From an uncultured Chloroflexia bacterium (GTDB lineage Bacteria > Chloroflexota > Anaerolineae > Anaerolineales > DRKV01), in the NCBI GenBank assembly GCA_963824065.1, contig CAWGNX010000002.1, forward strand, positions 43,243 to 107,242: a stretch of DNA of 64,000 nucleotides. The letters run 5' to 3'. How positions within the stretch are numbered: position 1 is the stretch's first letter; every line of letters begins with the position of its first letter. A model generated the notes under the pieces. That model was not told the origin of the DNA. It did not search any database and saw nothing but the letters and a program-made list of their open reading frames with translations. Positions 9,066 to 18,533 of this stretch are shown in pieces. The position numbers and the translations under genes were made by a program.

Positions 9066-9698
9066 ATGATTAACCAAACAATGCGCGCCCAACCGCGCAC
9101 CATGCTGCAAATTATCTCTCAGTTCATCCTGGCACTGTTTGGCTGGAAAGCCAGCGGGCACGTACCTACCTACCCCAAGTACCTGCTGGTTGGTGCACAC
9201 CATACTTCAGGTTGGGACCTGCCATTAACCCTGCTGGTGCTGGGTGCGCTGGGGATTCGCATGAACTGGATCGGTAAAGATTCCATCTTCAACAATCCGT
9301 TCGGCTGGTTTTTTCGCCTGCTGGGCGGGATTCCGGTCAACCGCAGGGAACGCACCAACTTTGTCCAGCAGGTCATCGACAAGTATAACGAGGCCGACGA
9401 ATTGGCCATAGCCATCGCACCCGAAGGCACCCGCAGTAAAACGGAATACTGGCGGACAGGTTTCTATTACATCGCCCAGGGCGCCAACATACCGGTTGTG
9501 CTGGCGTACCTGGACTACCCATCGCGAACTGGCGGCATCGGGCCGTCCATTGTTCCGAGTGGAAATCTGGGGAATGACCTGGCCAAGATCAAGCGATTTT
9601 ACGACGGGGTTACCGGCCGGCATCCGGATCGGCATGGCAAAATTGAGCTGCGGCCTCGAGAATCCGATCTGACCGACTCAGATTCAGCCAGCTCGTAA
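9066..9698 (+). CDS. lysophospholipid / 1-acyl-sn-glycerol-3-phosphate acyltransferase family protein
   Basis: HTSGWD (H-x4-D) and APEGTRS acyltransferase motifs. I start the gene at ATG 9066 (MINQTMRAQ). Confidence 0.8.
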   Translation: MINQTMRAQPRTMLQIISQFILALFGWKASGHVPTYPKYLLVGAHHTSGWDLPLTLLVLGALGIRMNWIGKDSIFNNPFGWFFRLLGGIPVNRRERTNFVQQVIDKYNEADELAIAIAPEGTRSKTEYWRTGFYYIAQGANIPVVLAYLDYPSRTGGIGPSIVPSGNLGNDLAKIKRFYDGVTGRHPDRHGKIELRPRESDLTDSDSASS

Positions 9699-9850
9699 CA
9701 ATTCACCTGCAATTTGCCCCCTTCAGGGGATTGAAACCCGGCTCGCTCCGGGTTTTAATCATTTAATCAGCCGTTTTCTTGAGCGGGCGGCAGCAGCGCG
9801 TAGTAAAAACGCGGCAAAGATCCACGGAATGGATACCGGAGTGTGCCAGA

Positions 9851-10591
9851 ATGCCAAGCGAAACCATCCTTATCGTTGATGACAGCCAGGATATTTTAAC
9901 GTTCCTGAAGAACAGCGCCCTGCTGCCCCTGGGTTACCAGGTGCTGACCGCGTTTAACGGGCAGTTGGGGTTAGACCTGGCTGTGCAGAATGATCCCGAC
10001 CTGATCCTGCTGGACATGAGCATGCCGCAGATGACTGGCATGGAGATGCTTCAGGCCCTGCGCCAGACGTTGTGCCAGGCTCCAGTCATCTTTATGACCC
10101 TGTACGGTTCGGAGAATATCGCCGTCGAGGCATTCCGCCTGGGGGTGCGGGATTACCTTGCAAAGCCATTTACGATCGAAGAAGTGCAGGATGCGGTGGA
10201 ACGCGCCCTGCTTGAGAAACGCACGACGCGTGAAAAGGAGATGCTGCTGCACGATCTGATTGCCTCCGAAGCCATTCGGAAAACGGTGGTGACCCTATCG
10301 CACTATATTAATAATGACCTGTTCATTGTCAGCGGTGGTTTGGGGATGCTGGCTAAATCTTTCGAGCGGAACGACCTGGACGATCCACAGCTTGCGAAGA
10401 TTGTCACCGACAGCCGGCTGAGCTTGGAACGCATTGGGGCAGTGATGCGGGTGCTCAAGCGGGTGATCAACGTGGAGCCGGCGACCTACCATGGCGATGT
10501 ACAGATGATCGATATCGAGCTGGCGCTCAAGGAAGAAATGAAACGTCGCACCGGAGGCCTGGATACAGCACTCTCCCAGGCGACTGATTAG
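9851..10591 (+). CDS. response regulator: REC domain plus C-terminal helical (DHp-like) domain
   Basis: ILIVDDSQD...DLILLDMSMPQMTGMEML...YLAKPF are REC motifs. The C-terminus contains LSHYINNDLFIV, which resembles a histidine-kinase H-box. No output domain is recognised. Confidence 0.8.
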   Translation: MPSETILIVDDSQDILTFLKNSALLPLGYQVLTAFNGQLGLDLAVQNDPDLILLDMSMPQMTGMEMLQALRQTLCQAPVIFMTLYGSENIAVEAFRLGVRDYLAKPFTIEEVQDAVERALLEKRTTREKEMLLHDLIASEAIRKTVVTLSHYINNDLFIVSGGLGMLAKSFERNDLDDPQLAKIVTDSRLSLERIGAVMRVLKRVINVEPATYHGDVQMIDIELALKEEMKRRTGGLDTALSQATD

Positions 10592-10867
10592 CCGTCCGGG
10601 TCACCTGGAGGCGCACCCCCGGCCAACTTTGAAGTGCGCAGCGCCTGTGGGCGAGGCGGATCTGGCCTGGCATGAATCATGACAGGATCTGTGTTTAACC
10701 GGCAGGAAGCTGCAACCATTGGAGGTGGCTTTCTTGAGGATAATTGAGTCAGCGGTGCACAGCGGGATTGCCGAAACCGGCTGGAGGCGCACCGTTCTAA
10801 GAGCACAACCAATGTCAGTTGACGACCCTGCAGAAATCAGTGATCTGTGGGACCAGGAGCGAAACAC

Positions 10868-11671
10868 ATGGCAGCCAGGATCAACCACGAGCTCTCCATA
10901 GCCACACTACCGGCACGCGCACCGGTGACCATGGTTATCCCGACATATAATGAGGCGGACAACCTCAAGCGGCTAATTCCAGTCCTGATGGAGCTGCCGG
11001 TTGATCCGCTGCGGGTCTTGATTGTAGATGATAACAGCCCGGACGGCAGCGGAGTGATCGCGGATGAATTTCACAACCGCTACCCGGAAAGGGTGCAGGT
11101 GCTGCACCGGGCGGCGAAACAAGGGCTTGGCCCGGCCTACCTGGCGGGGTTTGAGCAGGTGCTTAAGACGGATTCCTGGGCGGTCGGCCAGATGGACGCT
11201 GACTTTTCGCACCCACCTGAAGTGATTGCCCGCATGATCGAGCTGATCCGTAGCTACGATGTCGTGATTGGCTCGCGCTACACCCTGGGGGGAAGCGTGG
11301 ACGCCGATTGGCCGCTCCAGCGCAAACTGCTTTCGGCATTTGGAAATACCTATGCACGCACGATCCTGGGGATGAAGATCAAAGATGTAACGGGCGGGTT
11401 CCGCCTGTTCCGTAAAACCATGCTGCAGCGCATGCCACTCAACGAGCTGCAGTCGACCGGGTATGTATTTATGGTGGAATTGATATACTGCGCCCACCTC
11501 GCCGGAGCGCACATCCAGGAAACCCCGATCCACTTCCAGGAGCGGATTTTCGGCAGATCCAAGATGTCCTTGAAAATCCAGATCGAAGCTGCCCTGCGGG
11601 TGTGGCACATCCGGCAGCGCTACCTGCGGCTGTTCGCGGGTGAGGAGCTACCCCTGCCGCTGAGCAGGTGA
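10868..11671 (+). CDS. polyprenol-phosphate mannose synthase (GT2, Ppm1/DPM1-like)
   Basis: VIPTYNEADNL...VLIVDDNSPDGSG...KQGLGPAYLAGF...DADFSHPP...VVIGSRY gives full-length resemblance to Ppm1/DPM1 catalytic domains. Confidence 0.85.
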   Translation: MAARINHELSIATLPARAPVTMVIPTYNEADNLKRLIPVLMELPVDPLRVLIVDDNSPDGSGVIADEFHNRYPERVQVLHRAAKQGLGPAYLAGFEQVLKTDSWAVGQMDADFSHPPEVIARMIELIRSYDVVIGSRYTLGGSVDADWPLQRKLLSAFGNTYARTILGMKIKDVTGGFRLFRKTMLQRMPLNELQSTGYVFMVELIYCAHLAGAHIQETPIHFQERIFGRSKMSLKIQIEAALRVWHIRQRYLRLFAGEELPLPLSR

Positions 11672-11677
11672 AGCTGC

Positions 11678-12412
11678 ATGCCCACCGACAAGAATTTTCC
11701 ATATCTGGACAAACCCGACCCCTGGTCCAGTCATTCAATCATTGCTAACTGGTTAAAGGAACGCCCCGCGGGGACACTCGTTCTTGATGTTGGCGCAGGA
11801 ACAGGTAGCGTCGCTCGATTCTGCGAGGGCTCCGGGCTTGTCTTTCGAGGCGTCGAACCCAACCCGTCCTGGGCGGAGCTTGCCCAACCTTACTATGATG
11901 AAATTTGCAGCGAACCACTGCAAAGGGTAGGGGAAAAATTTTTGCGAGGGTTTCAGGTTGTCGTTTGTGCCGATGTGCTCGAACACTTTCCAGATCCGGA
12001 CAGAGAACTTGCGCGGCTGGTGAATCTGCAGGCAGTGGGAACGCTGTTTTTCATCTCCCTGCCGAATATTGCTAATTTGTGGGTGCGGCTAAAGCTGCTG
12101 TTCGGGCGTTTCGATTACGCGGACCGGGGGATACTCGATCGCACCCATTTACGGTTTTTTACACAGCGCACCCTTGTTGAAATGCTCTTAAACACCGGCC
12201 TGGAGATTCAACAGATCGTACCAACACCAATTCCGCTTAACCTGGTCCATCCATTTTTTACTCGAGCAGCGTTAGGACAAACCAGCCACCGTGCACTCGC
12301 CTCGATGACGCGCCTATTCCCAACTATATTAGGCTATCAATTTGTCGTCCAGGCTCGAAAAAAAACCAGTGGGGAAGAAATACCAGCGAGTAATACCGGC
12401 GGAAGGAATTAG
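11678..12412 (+). CDS. class I SAM-dependent methyltransferase
   Basis: LVLDVGAGTGSVARF (motif I) and VVVCADVLEHFPDP. It lies 6 nt after the Ppm1-like gene. Confidence 0.75.
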   Translation: MPTDKNFPYLDKPDPWSSHSIIANWLKERPAGTLVLDVGAGTGSVARFCEGSGLVFRGVEPNPSWAELAQPYYDEICSEPLQRVGEKFLRGFQVVVCADVLEHFPDPDRELARLVNLQAVGTLFFISLPNIANLWVRLKLLFGRFDYADRGILDRTHLRFFTQRTLVEMLLNTGLEIQQIVPTPIPLNLVHPFFTRAALGQTSHRALASMTRLFPTILGYQFVVQARKKTSGEEIPASNTGGRN

Positions 12413-12563
12413 ACCGTGATGAGATGGCTGGACTAGTGCAGGCAGTCAGCCTTCCGTGAAGATTAATAGCTTGTGGGCAGGCCTCCACGGGCCCAAGTGA
12501 TTCGAATCACAAATTCTCGAGCCGGTCGGGTGAAAACGATTTCTCTTCTCTGTGCATAAATTC

Positions 12564-13358
12564 TCATAAAGCTTTTTGCTGGTTCTGGACTGCAAACGTT
12601 TTTTTCGGTAGCAGCTGCTTGCGTTTAGTAAGGCCTGTTCGAAATAAATAATATTGGAATAAAACCATCAGAACGCCGAATCCATACTTGATGCTGCTCC
12701 TCAAGTTAATCGAGGACGCTTCCGGAAAATAGCGCGTCTCGATAGGGACTTCCTTAAAGAATAAGCCATTTGCCATCCCCTGGGCGATAATTTCCGTGTC
12801 GAAAACAAAATCATCGCTGTTGTCTTCGAAGCAGACAGTCTCCAGATATTTTCGGGTGTAGGCGCGAAACCCTGAGTGGATTTCAGTCATGTAGCGCCCA
12901 AAAGCAACATTTGCCACTGCGGTCAGAAATATATTGGCGATGTACTTCCATTGAGGCATCCCCCCTTCCATGGGATGACCCCCAAGCATGCGCGAGCCAA
13001 AGACGGCATCTGCCTCCTGGCGAAGCAAGGGATAAACTAAATCAGGGATCACCCTGGCATCGTATTGGTGGTCAGGATGCAGCATAATGACAATGTCAGC
13101 CCCCATTTTCAGCGCATGGGTATAGCACGATTTCTGGTTGGCTCCATAGCCCATGTTTTTTTCGTGACGAATGACCTTCAGGCCCAACTCTTCTGCGATT
13201 AAAACGGTATCATCCTGGGAGGCATCGTCCACCAACAAGATGTTGTTCCTCAGCACGGCAGGGATTTCATTGACCGTCAACCGGAGGGTTTTTGCTGCAT
13301 TGTACGCAGGCAGGACAATATAAATTCTTTTGGGATTATTCACGTTGATCTCACCCAT
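12564..13358 (-). CDS. family 2 glycosyltransferase with C-terminal TM segment
   Basis: IVLPAYNAAKTL...LLVDDASQDDT...NMGYGANQK...DHQYD are GT2 motifs. The start ATG 13358 overlaps the stop of the upstream ORF (TGATG). Confidence 0.85.
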   Translation of the reverse strand: MGEINVNNPKRIYIVLPAYNAAKTLRLTVNEIPAVLRNNILLVDDASQDDTVLIAEELGLKVIRHEKNMGYGANQKSCYTHALKMGADIVIMLHPDHQYDARVIPDLVYPLLRQEADAVFGSRMLGGHPMEGGMPQWKYIANIFLTAVANVAFGRYMTEIHSGFRAYTRKYLETVCFEDNSDDFVFDTEIIAQGMANGLFFKEVPIETRYFPEASSINLRSSIKYGFGVLMVLFQYYLFRTGLTKRKQLLPKKTFAVQNQQKAL

Positions 13359-14668
13359 CACATGTTTATCAAAAGTACGACGCCCGTTAAATAATGGAGG
13401 ATCGAGATGAGCATCAGCAGGAAGATGGTGCGGGGCTTCCATTTTCCGATGCCGATACCAGTCAGGAGCAGTAGTGCAACCGTAAAATCGAGTGTATAGC
13501 GCGGGCCAAATTGTACCCAACCGGTGCCCATCAGAAGTAAGATCGGCAGCATTGTAACCAGGATAGTCACTGTTAATAAAATAACCGATAAATCAAGCCT
13601 GCGCTTGAATGCGAAAAACGCACCTAAAAACAGGGGGCTTAACAGGAACAAACTGCCCCCCATTAAACTTTGTTGGGACAGCGGGAATGGATAAAAAATG
13701 TACTGGTAATAGAAATTTGTTGGTAAATAATGTAAGTTAAACGCACCATAAACCGAGTAGTCATTTTGAAAAAGCTGGGCCATCTGGTGATATTCGATCC
13801 CGACTTCCAGCGGATTCCCAAAACGCGCAAAGTTGTAATACCCCAGGAAAATTAAACCAAGGATTATGGGCGCCAGGCCCAATAAACTACTTGTGAATAA
13901 CCAGCGCAAACCACGTTTGCTAAACCGCGTGAGCAAGTAGTAAGCGGGCCAGATACCCATGAAGATCAGGTGATTGCGGGTTAGCGTAGCGGCTGCGATA
14001 CCTAGCCCAGCCAGGAAAAATGCCCAGCGGTTCTCGATAGATATTGTTATCATATAGGTGATCAGAATACACAGGTAGCCAATCAACTGGGCGGTAAACC
14101 AGACCCGACCCAGGGAAGCCAGTGTGAAATGCACGGTCCCAAATGCAAAAAAGACCGTCAGGAAGATCTGATTTTGCCTGGAAATCTGAAAGATTTGGCG
14201 TTGGTTAAGCTGCCGCAGAAATACAAAAGTTAATGCCACATTAAGGGATGCAATCACGAGAGTGAAGAAGATGTCACTGGTTGCAACACCAAACAGGAGG
14301 ACGAAGGGTAAAAGCAGGACCGCTGGAAATGGGGGCCAGTACAGAAAATAGTTTTGGTTGAAATACACCAGGTCGTGGGTGTCGGCAGGAATTAACCGCA
14401 GATGGAACTGGCCGTGTAGGAAAGCATCCGCCAGGTAATTAAAATAAGCATAACCGGATAGGCTGAAAATGGAGAACGAATTCTCACGAATCCAGGCGTG
14501 CAAGCCTGCAAAAACTGCGTAGATACAGAAACTAACCAATAGAAAAAGTGCAGGCTCATAAAGCCAGAGATCTCGAATTTGCTGTTGCGTGTGGAACGTA
14601 CGTGACGTTAATGATCGCATATACGTATTAACTTGATTCCGACCGGAGTCTTGTACTGGCAACCACAT
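13358..14668 (-). CDS. polytopic membrane protein, putative GT-C (ArnT/PMT_2-like) glycosyltransferase
   Basis: 436 aa and more than 10 predicted TM helices, coupled to the GT2 gene. The family assignment rests on architecture and context only. The start (14668 or ATG 14620) is uncertain. Confidence 0.6.
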   Translation of the reverse strand: MWLPVQDSGRNQVNTYMRSLTSRTFHTQQQIRDLWLYEPALFLLVSFCIYAVFAGLHAWIRENSFSIFSLSGYAYFNYLADAFLHGQFHLRLIPADTHDLVYFNQNYFLYWPPFPAVLLLPFVLLFGVATSDIFFTLVIASLNVALTFVFLRQLNQRQIFQISRQNQIFLTVFFAFGTVHFTLASLGRVWFTAQLIGYLCILITYMITISIENRWAFFLAGLGIAAATLTRNHLIFMGIWPAYYLLTRFSKRGLRWLFTSSLLGLAPIILGLIFLGYYNFARFGNPLEVGIEYHQMAQLFQNDYSVYGAFNLHYLPTNFYYQYIFYPFPLSQQSLMGGSLFLLSPLFLGAFFAFKRRLDLSVILLTVTILVTMLPILLLMGTGWVQFGPRYTLDFTVALLLLTGIGIGKWKPRTIFLLMLISILHYLTGVVLLINM

Positions 14669-15291
14669 GCTGCAGCATTAAGATACCTCACGACGAGCAC
14701 AACCTTAGAAACAGGTCTGGCAACTGGCTTTATTCTGATGAGTGGCGGTAATCTGTACAACTAACCTATCCTGTCTCTGATTATAAAACTTCTCGATAAA
14801 ATGCACATTTCAGCCAGCGGGTAAAGTCATTACAATGGGTCAAAATCGTGTACCTTCTGTTATATACGACGCTGACAGCTGACACGGGCAAAATCTCGAA
14901 GGGCAGACCCCAAGAATGCACAGGGTACGAATTCCATAGAGCGACCTTACTACACGATTAGCGACAGGTGCAAGCGCGAATTGGAGATACCCGCCAGCAG
15001 CCTGCTAATAAACATACGAGGCCAGGCAAACCTGGATTTGTGCAGCACGGTTTGGGAATCAGTATTATGAGATGTTTCTGCAAGATTGGGTCGCAAGGGA
15101 GAGATCTTGATTGTAAAAAATATACCGGTATGGCTCGCTGCCCGCAACACTGGCATTCAGAAATATGCACTTATCAACGTATTGCAATGCTAACTGTTAA
15201 TCGGTGACCTATAATGATGATTAATTCAAGGGTGAAATTCATGCGAGAACCATAAGTTGTATCATCATATAAAAACGGGCGAATAATTCTG

Positions 15292-16566
15292 ATGTCTCTA
15301 CCCCAAACTCCCTTTCTGCAGGCCGTTAATATCGACCACGTTTCAGACGAGCCGCGCTGGGATATAAAAAAGACAACTTTGTTGTTTTTTTGCCACCTGT
15401 TGTTTATCATGGTAATTGTGCTGTTGGTTTTGAATATCGGCTTTTACGAAGAGGTCGATTTAAGCTTTGCCGAAATTAATGCCACTCGAGATTCTGTGCT
15501 CGTTCAATCTGATCAAAAAATTCACCAGTATATCAACCTGTGGTACCGCTCGGACACAGCCTTTTATCTAAAAATTGCCGCGCAGGGTTATTCTGCGACG
15601 GACGGCTCGATCGCCTTTGCGCCGCTGTATCCCTTTCTGATCCGAACCCTGGGAAAATTATTGGGCGATAATTATCTGCTGGCCGGGCTGCTGCTCACGA
15701 ATACTGCCGCGCTGATTGGTGTCATCTTACTCTATAAAATTTCGCAATTAGAGATACCAACCGTTAACCCACAGTACTTGATCATTTTTTATTTAACATT
15801 TCCATTCGCTTTTTATCTGGCGGCGGCCTACACAGAGGCATTGTTCCTGCTATTTGTATTCGCAGGATGGCTGCTGGCGCGTAAAAAACAATGGCTGGCA
15901 GCTGCGCTGGTAGGTGTTTTGGCTGCTTTCACGAGGCACCAGGGGATCCTGCTTGCCCCGATATTCCTATTGGTATATTTCCTCGAAGCGGAAAAACTCC
16001 CGAGCGCTGACCAGCAACATTTGTGGAGGGAACTTTTCAATCCGCAGCGCTGGCGGGCTTACCTGACGCCCAAGGTGTTTTTGCCATCGCTGGTATTACT
16101 CCTGCCCATTCTGCCTTTCCCCCTGTTTTCTGCCTGGCTTAGAATGAACCAGTTTGGAAACCTGGAAGACGCGCTCCTCAATTATTTTGATATCCGGACG
16201 GTTCTACCATGGGAGGGTGTTGTCATCATCCTCCAAAAGTTGTTTGCCATTTCATTGACCCTTCCGGATGTGATTGATTTTATTATGCTTGTATTCTTTT
16301 CGTTTTTAACTATCTACAGCTTTCGTCGAATCCATCCTGCATTGACTGTTTACCTGGTCTTAAACCTGGCCCTGCTATTGACAAGGGCAACACCGTTGTT
16401 CCTCATGGATAGTTTCGGTCGGTATGCACTCACACTGTTTCCCGGATTTTTGGCGATGGCGCTGTTATTTCAAACCAAGCCCTCACGGTTGCTGGTTACC
16501 GCCGTATTCTTCATCTTCCAGACGATCTTCCTATACAGTTTTTTGAACTGGTTGTGGGTGGGTTGA
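15292..16566 (+). CDS. PIG-V-like mannosyltransferase (GT-C) membrane protein
   Basis: A polytopic protein. WYRSDTAFYLKIAAQGY resembles the W-D-x-x-W-Y-x-x-I-A-x-x-G-Y signature of PIG-V/GT76-type mannosyltransferases. Confidence 0.65.
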   Translation: MSLPQTPFLQAVNIDHVSDEPRWDIKKTTLLFFCHLLFIMVIVLLVLNIGFYEEVDLSFAEINATRDSVLVQSDQKIHQYINLWYRSDTAFYLKIAAQGYSATDGSIAFAPLYPFLIRTLGKLLGDNYLLAGLLLTNTAALIGVILLYKISQLEIPTVNPQYLIIFYLTFPFAFYLAAAYTEALFLLFVFAGWLLARKKQWLAAALVGVLAAFTRHQGILLAPIFLLVYFLEAEKLPSADQQHLWRELFNPQRWRAYLTPKVFLPSLVLLLPILPFPLFSAWLRMNQFGNLEDALLNYFDIRTVLPWEGVVIILQKLFAISLTLPDVIDFIMLVFFSFLTIYSFRRIHPALTVYLVLNLALLLTRATPLFLMDSFGRYALTLFPGFLAMALLFQTKPSRLLVTAVFFIFQTIFLYSFLNWLWVG

Positions 16567-16584
16567 ACGAAAGGCATCCCAATC

Positions 16585-17811
16585 ATGCCGCTTCCCTTCC
16601 AACAACTTGACCACCAGCAGCGGATCAAACTGATCGAATTATTCCTCACACTCATCCTGCTATGTTTAGCCACAGCTTTATTTTTATTCGCCCTGATTAA
16701 CCACTGGAACAACGACTTTATCCACCTCTGGCTGGGGGGGTACACATTCCTGCATGGCTCCGATCCCTATGTGCAGTTGTTGGCGGTGGGGAATATCCAC
16801 GCCAACGAAAGCACATTTATCAACCTGCCCTGGGTGGGACTTTTTTTTGTACCTTACGCGCTTTTACCATTTGAGACGGCTACCATTGCCTGGATTATCA
16901 CGAACGCCGCATTTTTGTTAGTGTGCCTAATCCTGGCTCAACAAATCCTCGCGGCGCGTCTCCCAGTTTGGGGCATCCGGCTGATCCAGCTTGGCATGCT
17001 CTTTTTATCCTTCCGCACATTTCAAGCGGCCCAAACAACAATCATCCTTACTTTTTTGGGTCTCAATGGGCTGCGCATGCTCCTGCGCCAGAATATTCCA
17101 AGTGCAGGAATTTGGTTTGGTCTGACGATCTTCAAGCCCACCATTTCGTTTGGATTGGTAGCTGCGGCAGTGCTGGGGATCAAACCCGAAAATCGAAAGA
17201 AATTCTTCCAATGGATCAGCATTACTGCATTGGTTATTCTGGGTGCAGCCACCTTGTTCTGGCCGAGCTGGATCAAGACATACCCCCAGGTCGATTTCAG
17301 GCAAACCTTTGGCATCCTGGAAAACGACATCTTTATTCATTATTGGCCCGTCGCCACAATCACAGATTTTACGATTTACGTTCTTGGGATCCAGCTCACC
17401 GGCCTGAATGCGTTCGCATTGAAACTTGTTCCATTGATGTTTGAGGTTGGGCTCATCGTTTTTGCATGGCAATTATTTAATAAAGGAAAATTAGAGTTGC
17501 TGGAATTATGTGCGCTGGGGGCGCTGCTGCCTGCCGTTGTATCCCCCTACATTCGTTATTATGATTATATTTTTCTCAGCATCTGGCTGGTTGGTTTTTT
17601 CGGGGGGTTAAATTTTAGCCAGGCATCGAAAACGATAAAATCGATCACCGTTTGCCTGGCAATTTTCACGTTCCTGATTTTGGCAGGAACGCACCCCGAG
17701 CCCTGGGTCTATCTTATGCCGGTCGGCTTTTCGCTTCTTACCTTTTTTGTATTGATTACTAGATCAAGCCCAACGAAGCTGTCGAACAGCGAGTCCACCA
17801 GTTTGGGGTAA
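16585..17811 (+). CDS. polytopic membrane protein, DUF2029/GT87-like (putative glycosyltransferase)
   Basis: 408 aa and more than 10 TM helices, 18 nt after the PIG-V-like gene. The assignment rests on topology and context only. Confidence 0.5.
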   Translation: MPLPFQQLDHQQRIKLIELFLTLILLCLATALFLFALINHWNNDFIHLWLGGYTFLHGSDPYVQLLAVGNIHANESTFINLPWVGLFFVPYALLPFETATIAWIITNAAFLLVCLILAQQILAARLPVWGIRLIQLGMLFLSFRTFQAAQTTIILTFLGLNGLRMLLRQNIPSAGIWFGLTIFKPTISFGLVAAAVLGIKPENRKKFFQWISITALVILGAATLFWPSWIKTYPQVDFRQTFGILENDIFIHYWPVATITDFTIYVLGIQLTGLNAFALKLVPLMFEVGLIVFAWQLFNKGKLELLELCALGALLPAVVSPYIRYYDYIFLSIWLVGFFGGLNFSQASKTIKSITVCLAIFTFLILAGTHPEPWVYLMPVGFSLLTFFVLITRSSPTKLSNSESTSLG

Positions 17812-17878
17812 TTTTAAGACAGACAGCCTGACAATTAGCTCGATTTTTTCTAATCGTTCTGTCGTGATCCGGTAAGCC

Positions 17879-18382
17879 TCACGGCACGTAAGGCGGCAGG
17901 TCAACCACGAAATATTCATCCCCCTGCGCGCGCACCGTAAGCCCAAAGATGGCCCGGGAGGGTATTTCTGTCTCGCTGGCGCCACAACACGGACCGAGCA
18001 CAAACAAGCTGCCATCCGGGTTGGAAAATTCCACCGTGAAGCGAAACACACCCTCATCCACCTGTTCTACGCTGGTAACCCGGCGCAACGCAAGGCACTG
18101 CAAGCCGTTGATCAGGCAGCCGGCTTCCAGCAGTGCGGCTTCATCCAGAGGATCCATCTCCGGGTTCATGTAGCGCAGGTCATCCAGCGGACCGGCATAC
18201 AGCCGGGCGGAAAGCTGGAAATCCCCGCTGTTCAAAGCAGCCAGGTAGGATTCCAGGGCACTCTGAGCAGCAGCAAATTCATCTTTCGGGCTGGGTGAAG
18301 GGGCGCTTAAGCTGCTACAAGCAGAGGCAAGCAGCATCAGACAGTTCAAGAACACCAAGCGGAGTTTCAAGGTTCTATCCAT
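17879..18382 (-). CDS. hypothetical lipoprotein
   Basis: Signal peptide with a lipobox (LMLLASAC|S). No family recognised. Confidence 0.6.
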   Translation of the reverse strand: MDRTLKLRLVFLNCLMLLASACSSLSAPSPSPKDEFAAAQSALESYLAALNSGDFQLSARLYAGPLDDLRYMNPEMDPLDEAALLEAGCLINGLQCLALRRVTSVEQVDEGVFRFTVEFSNPDGSLFVLGPCCGASETEIPSRAIFGLTVRAQGDEYFVVDLPPYVP

Positions 18383-18429
18383 TTTCGCGCTGCCAGGAAA
18401 GCCGAGTCAAGAGTGAACTCGATCTGGCA

Positions 18430-18443
18430 AGAACATATGTTCT
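18430..18443. promoter_or_regulatory. perfect 14-bp palindrome AGAACATATGTTCT (GAAC-N4-GTTC, Cheo/LexA-box-like)
   Basis: Read directly from the divergent intergenic region. It lies 48 nt upstream of the lipoprotein start and 91 nt upstream of the dienelactone hydrolase start. Confidence 0.35.
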
Positions 18444-18533
18444 ATGTTAAAGTACGGGCAGCCTCTCCGGCAGTCTTGTAACCCGTAGGAGGTACTGCCA
18501 ACAAGGTGGTTTGGTCAGGAACAGGAGGATGGC

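Noticed and set aside
12497-12510. GTGATTCGAATCAC, containing a T-loop-like TTCGAATC (possible tRNA)
   Set aside because: The 14-mer is a perfect palindrome, leaving no 7-nt loop. I could not fold the flanking ~70 nt into a cloverleaf with acceptor and anticodon arms.
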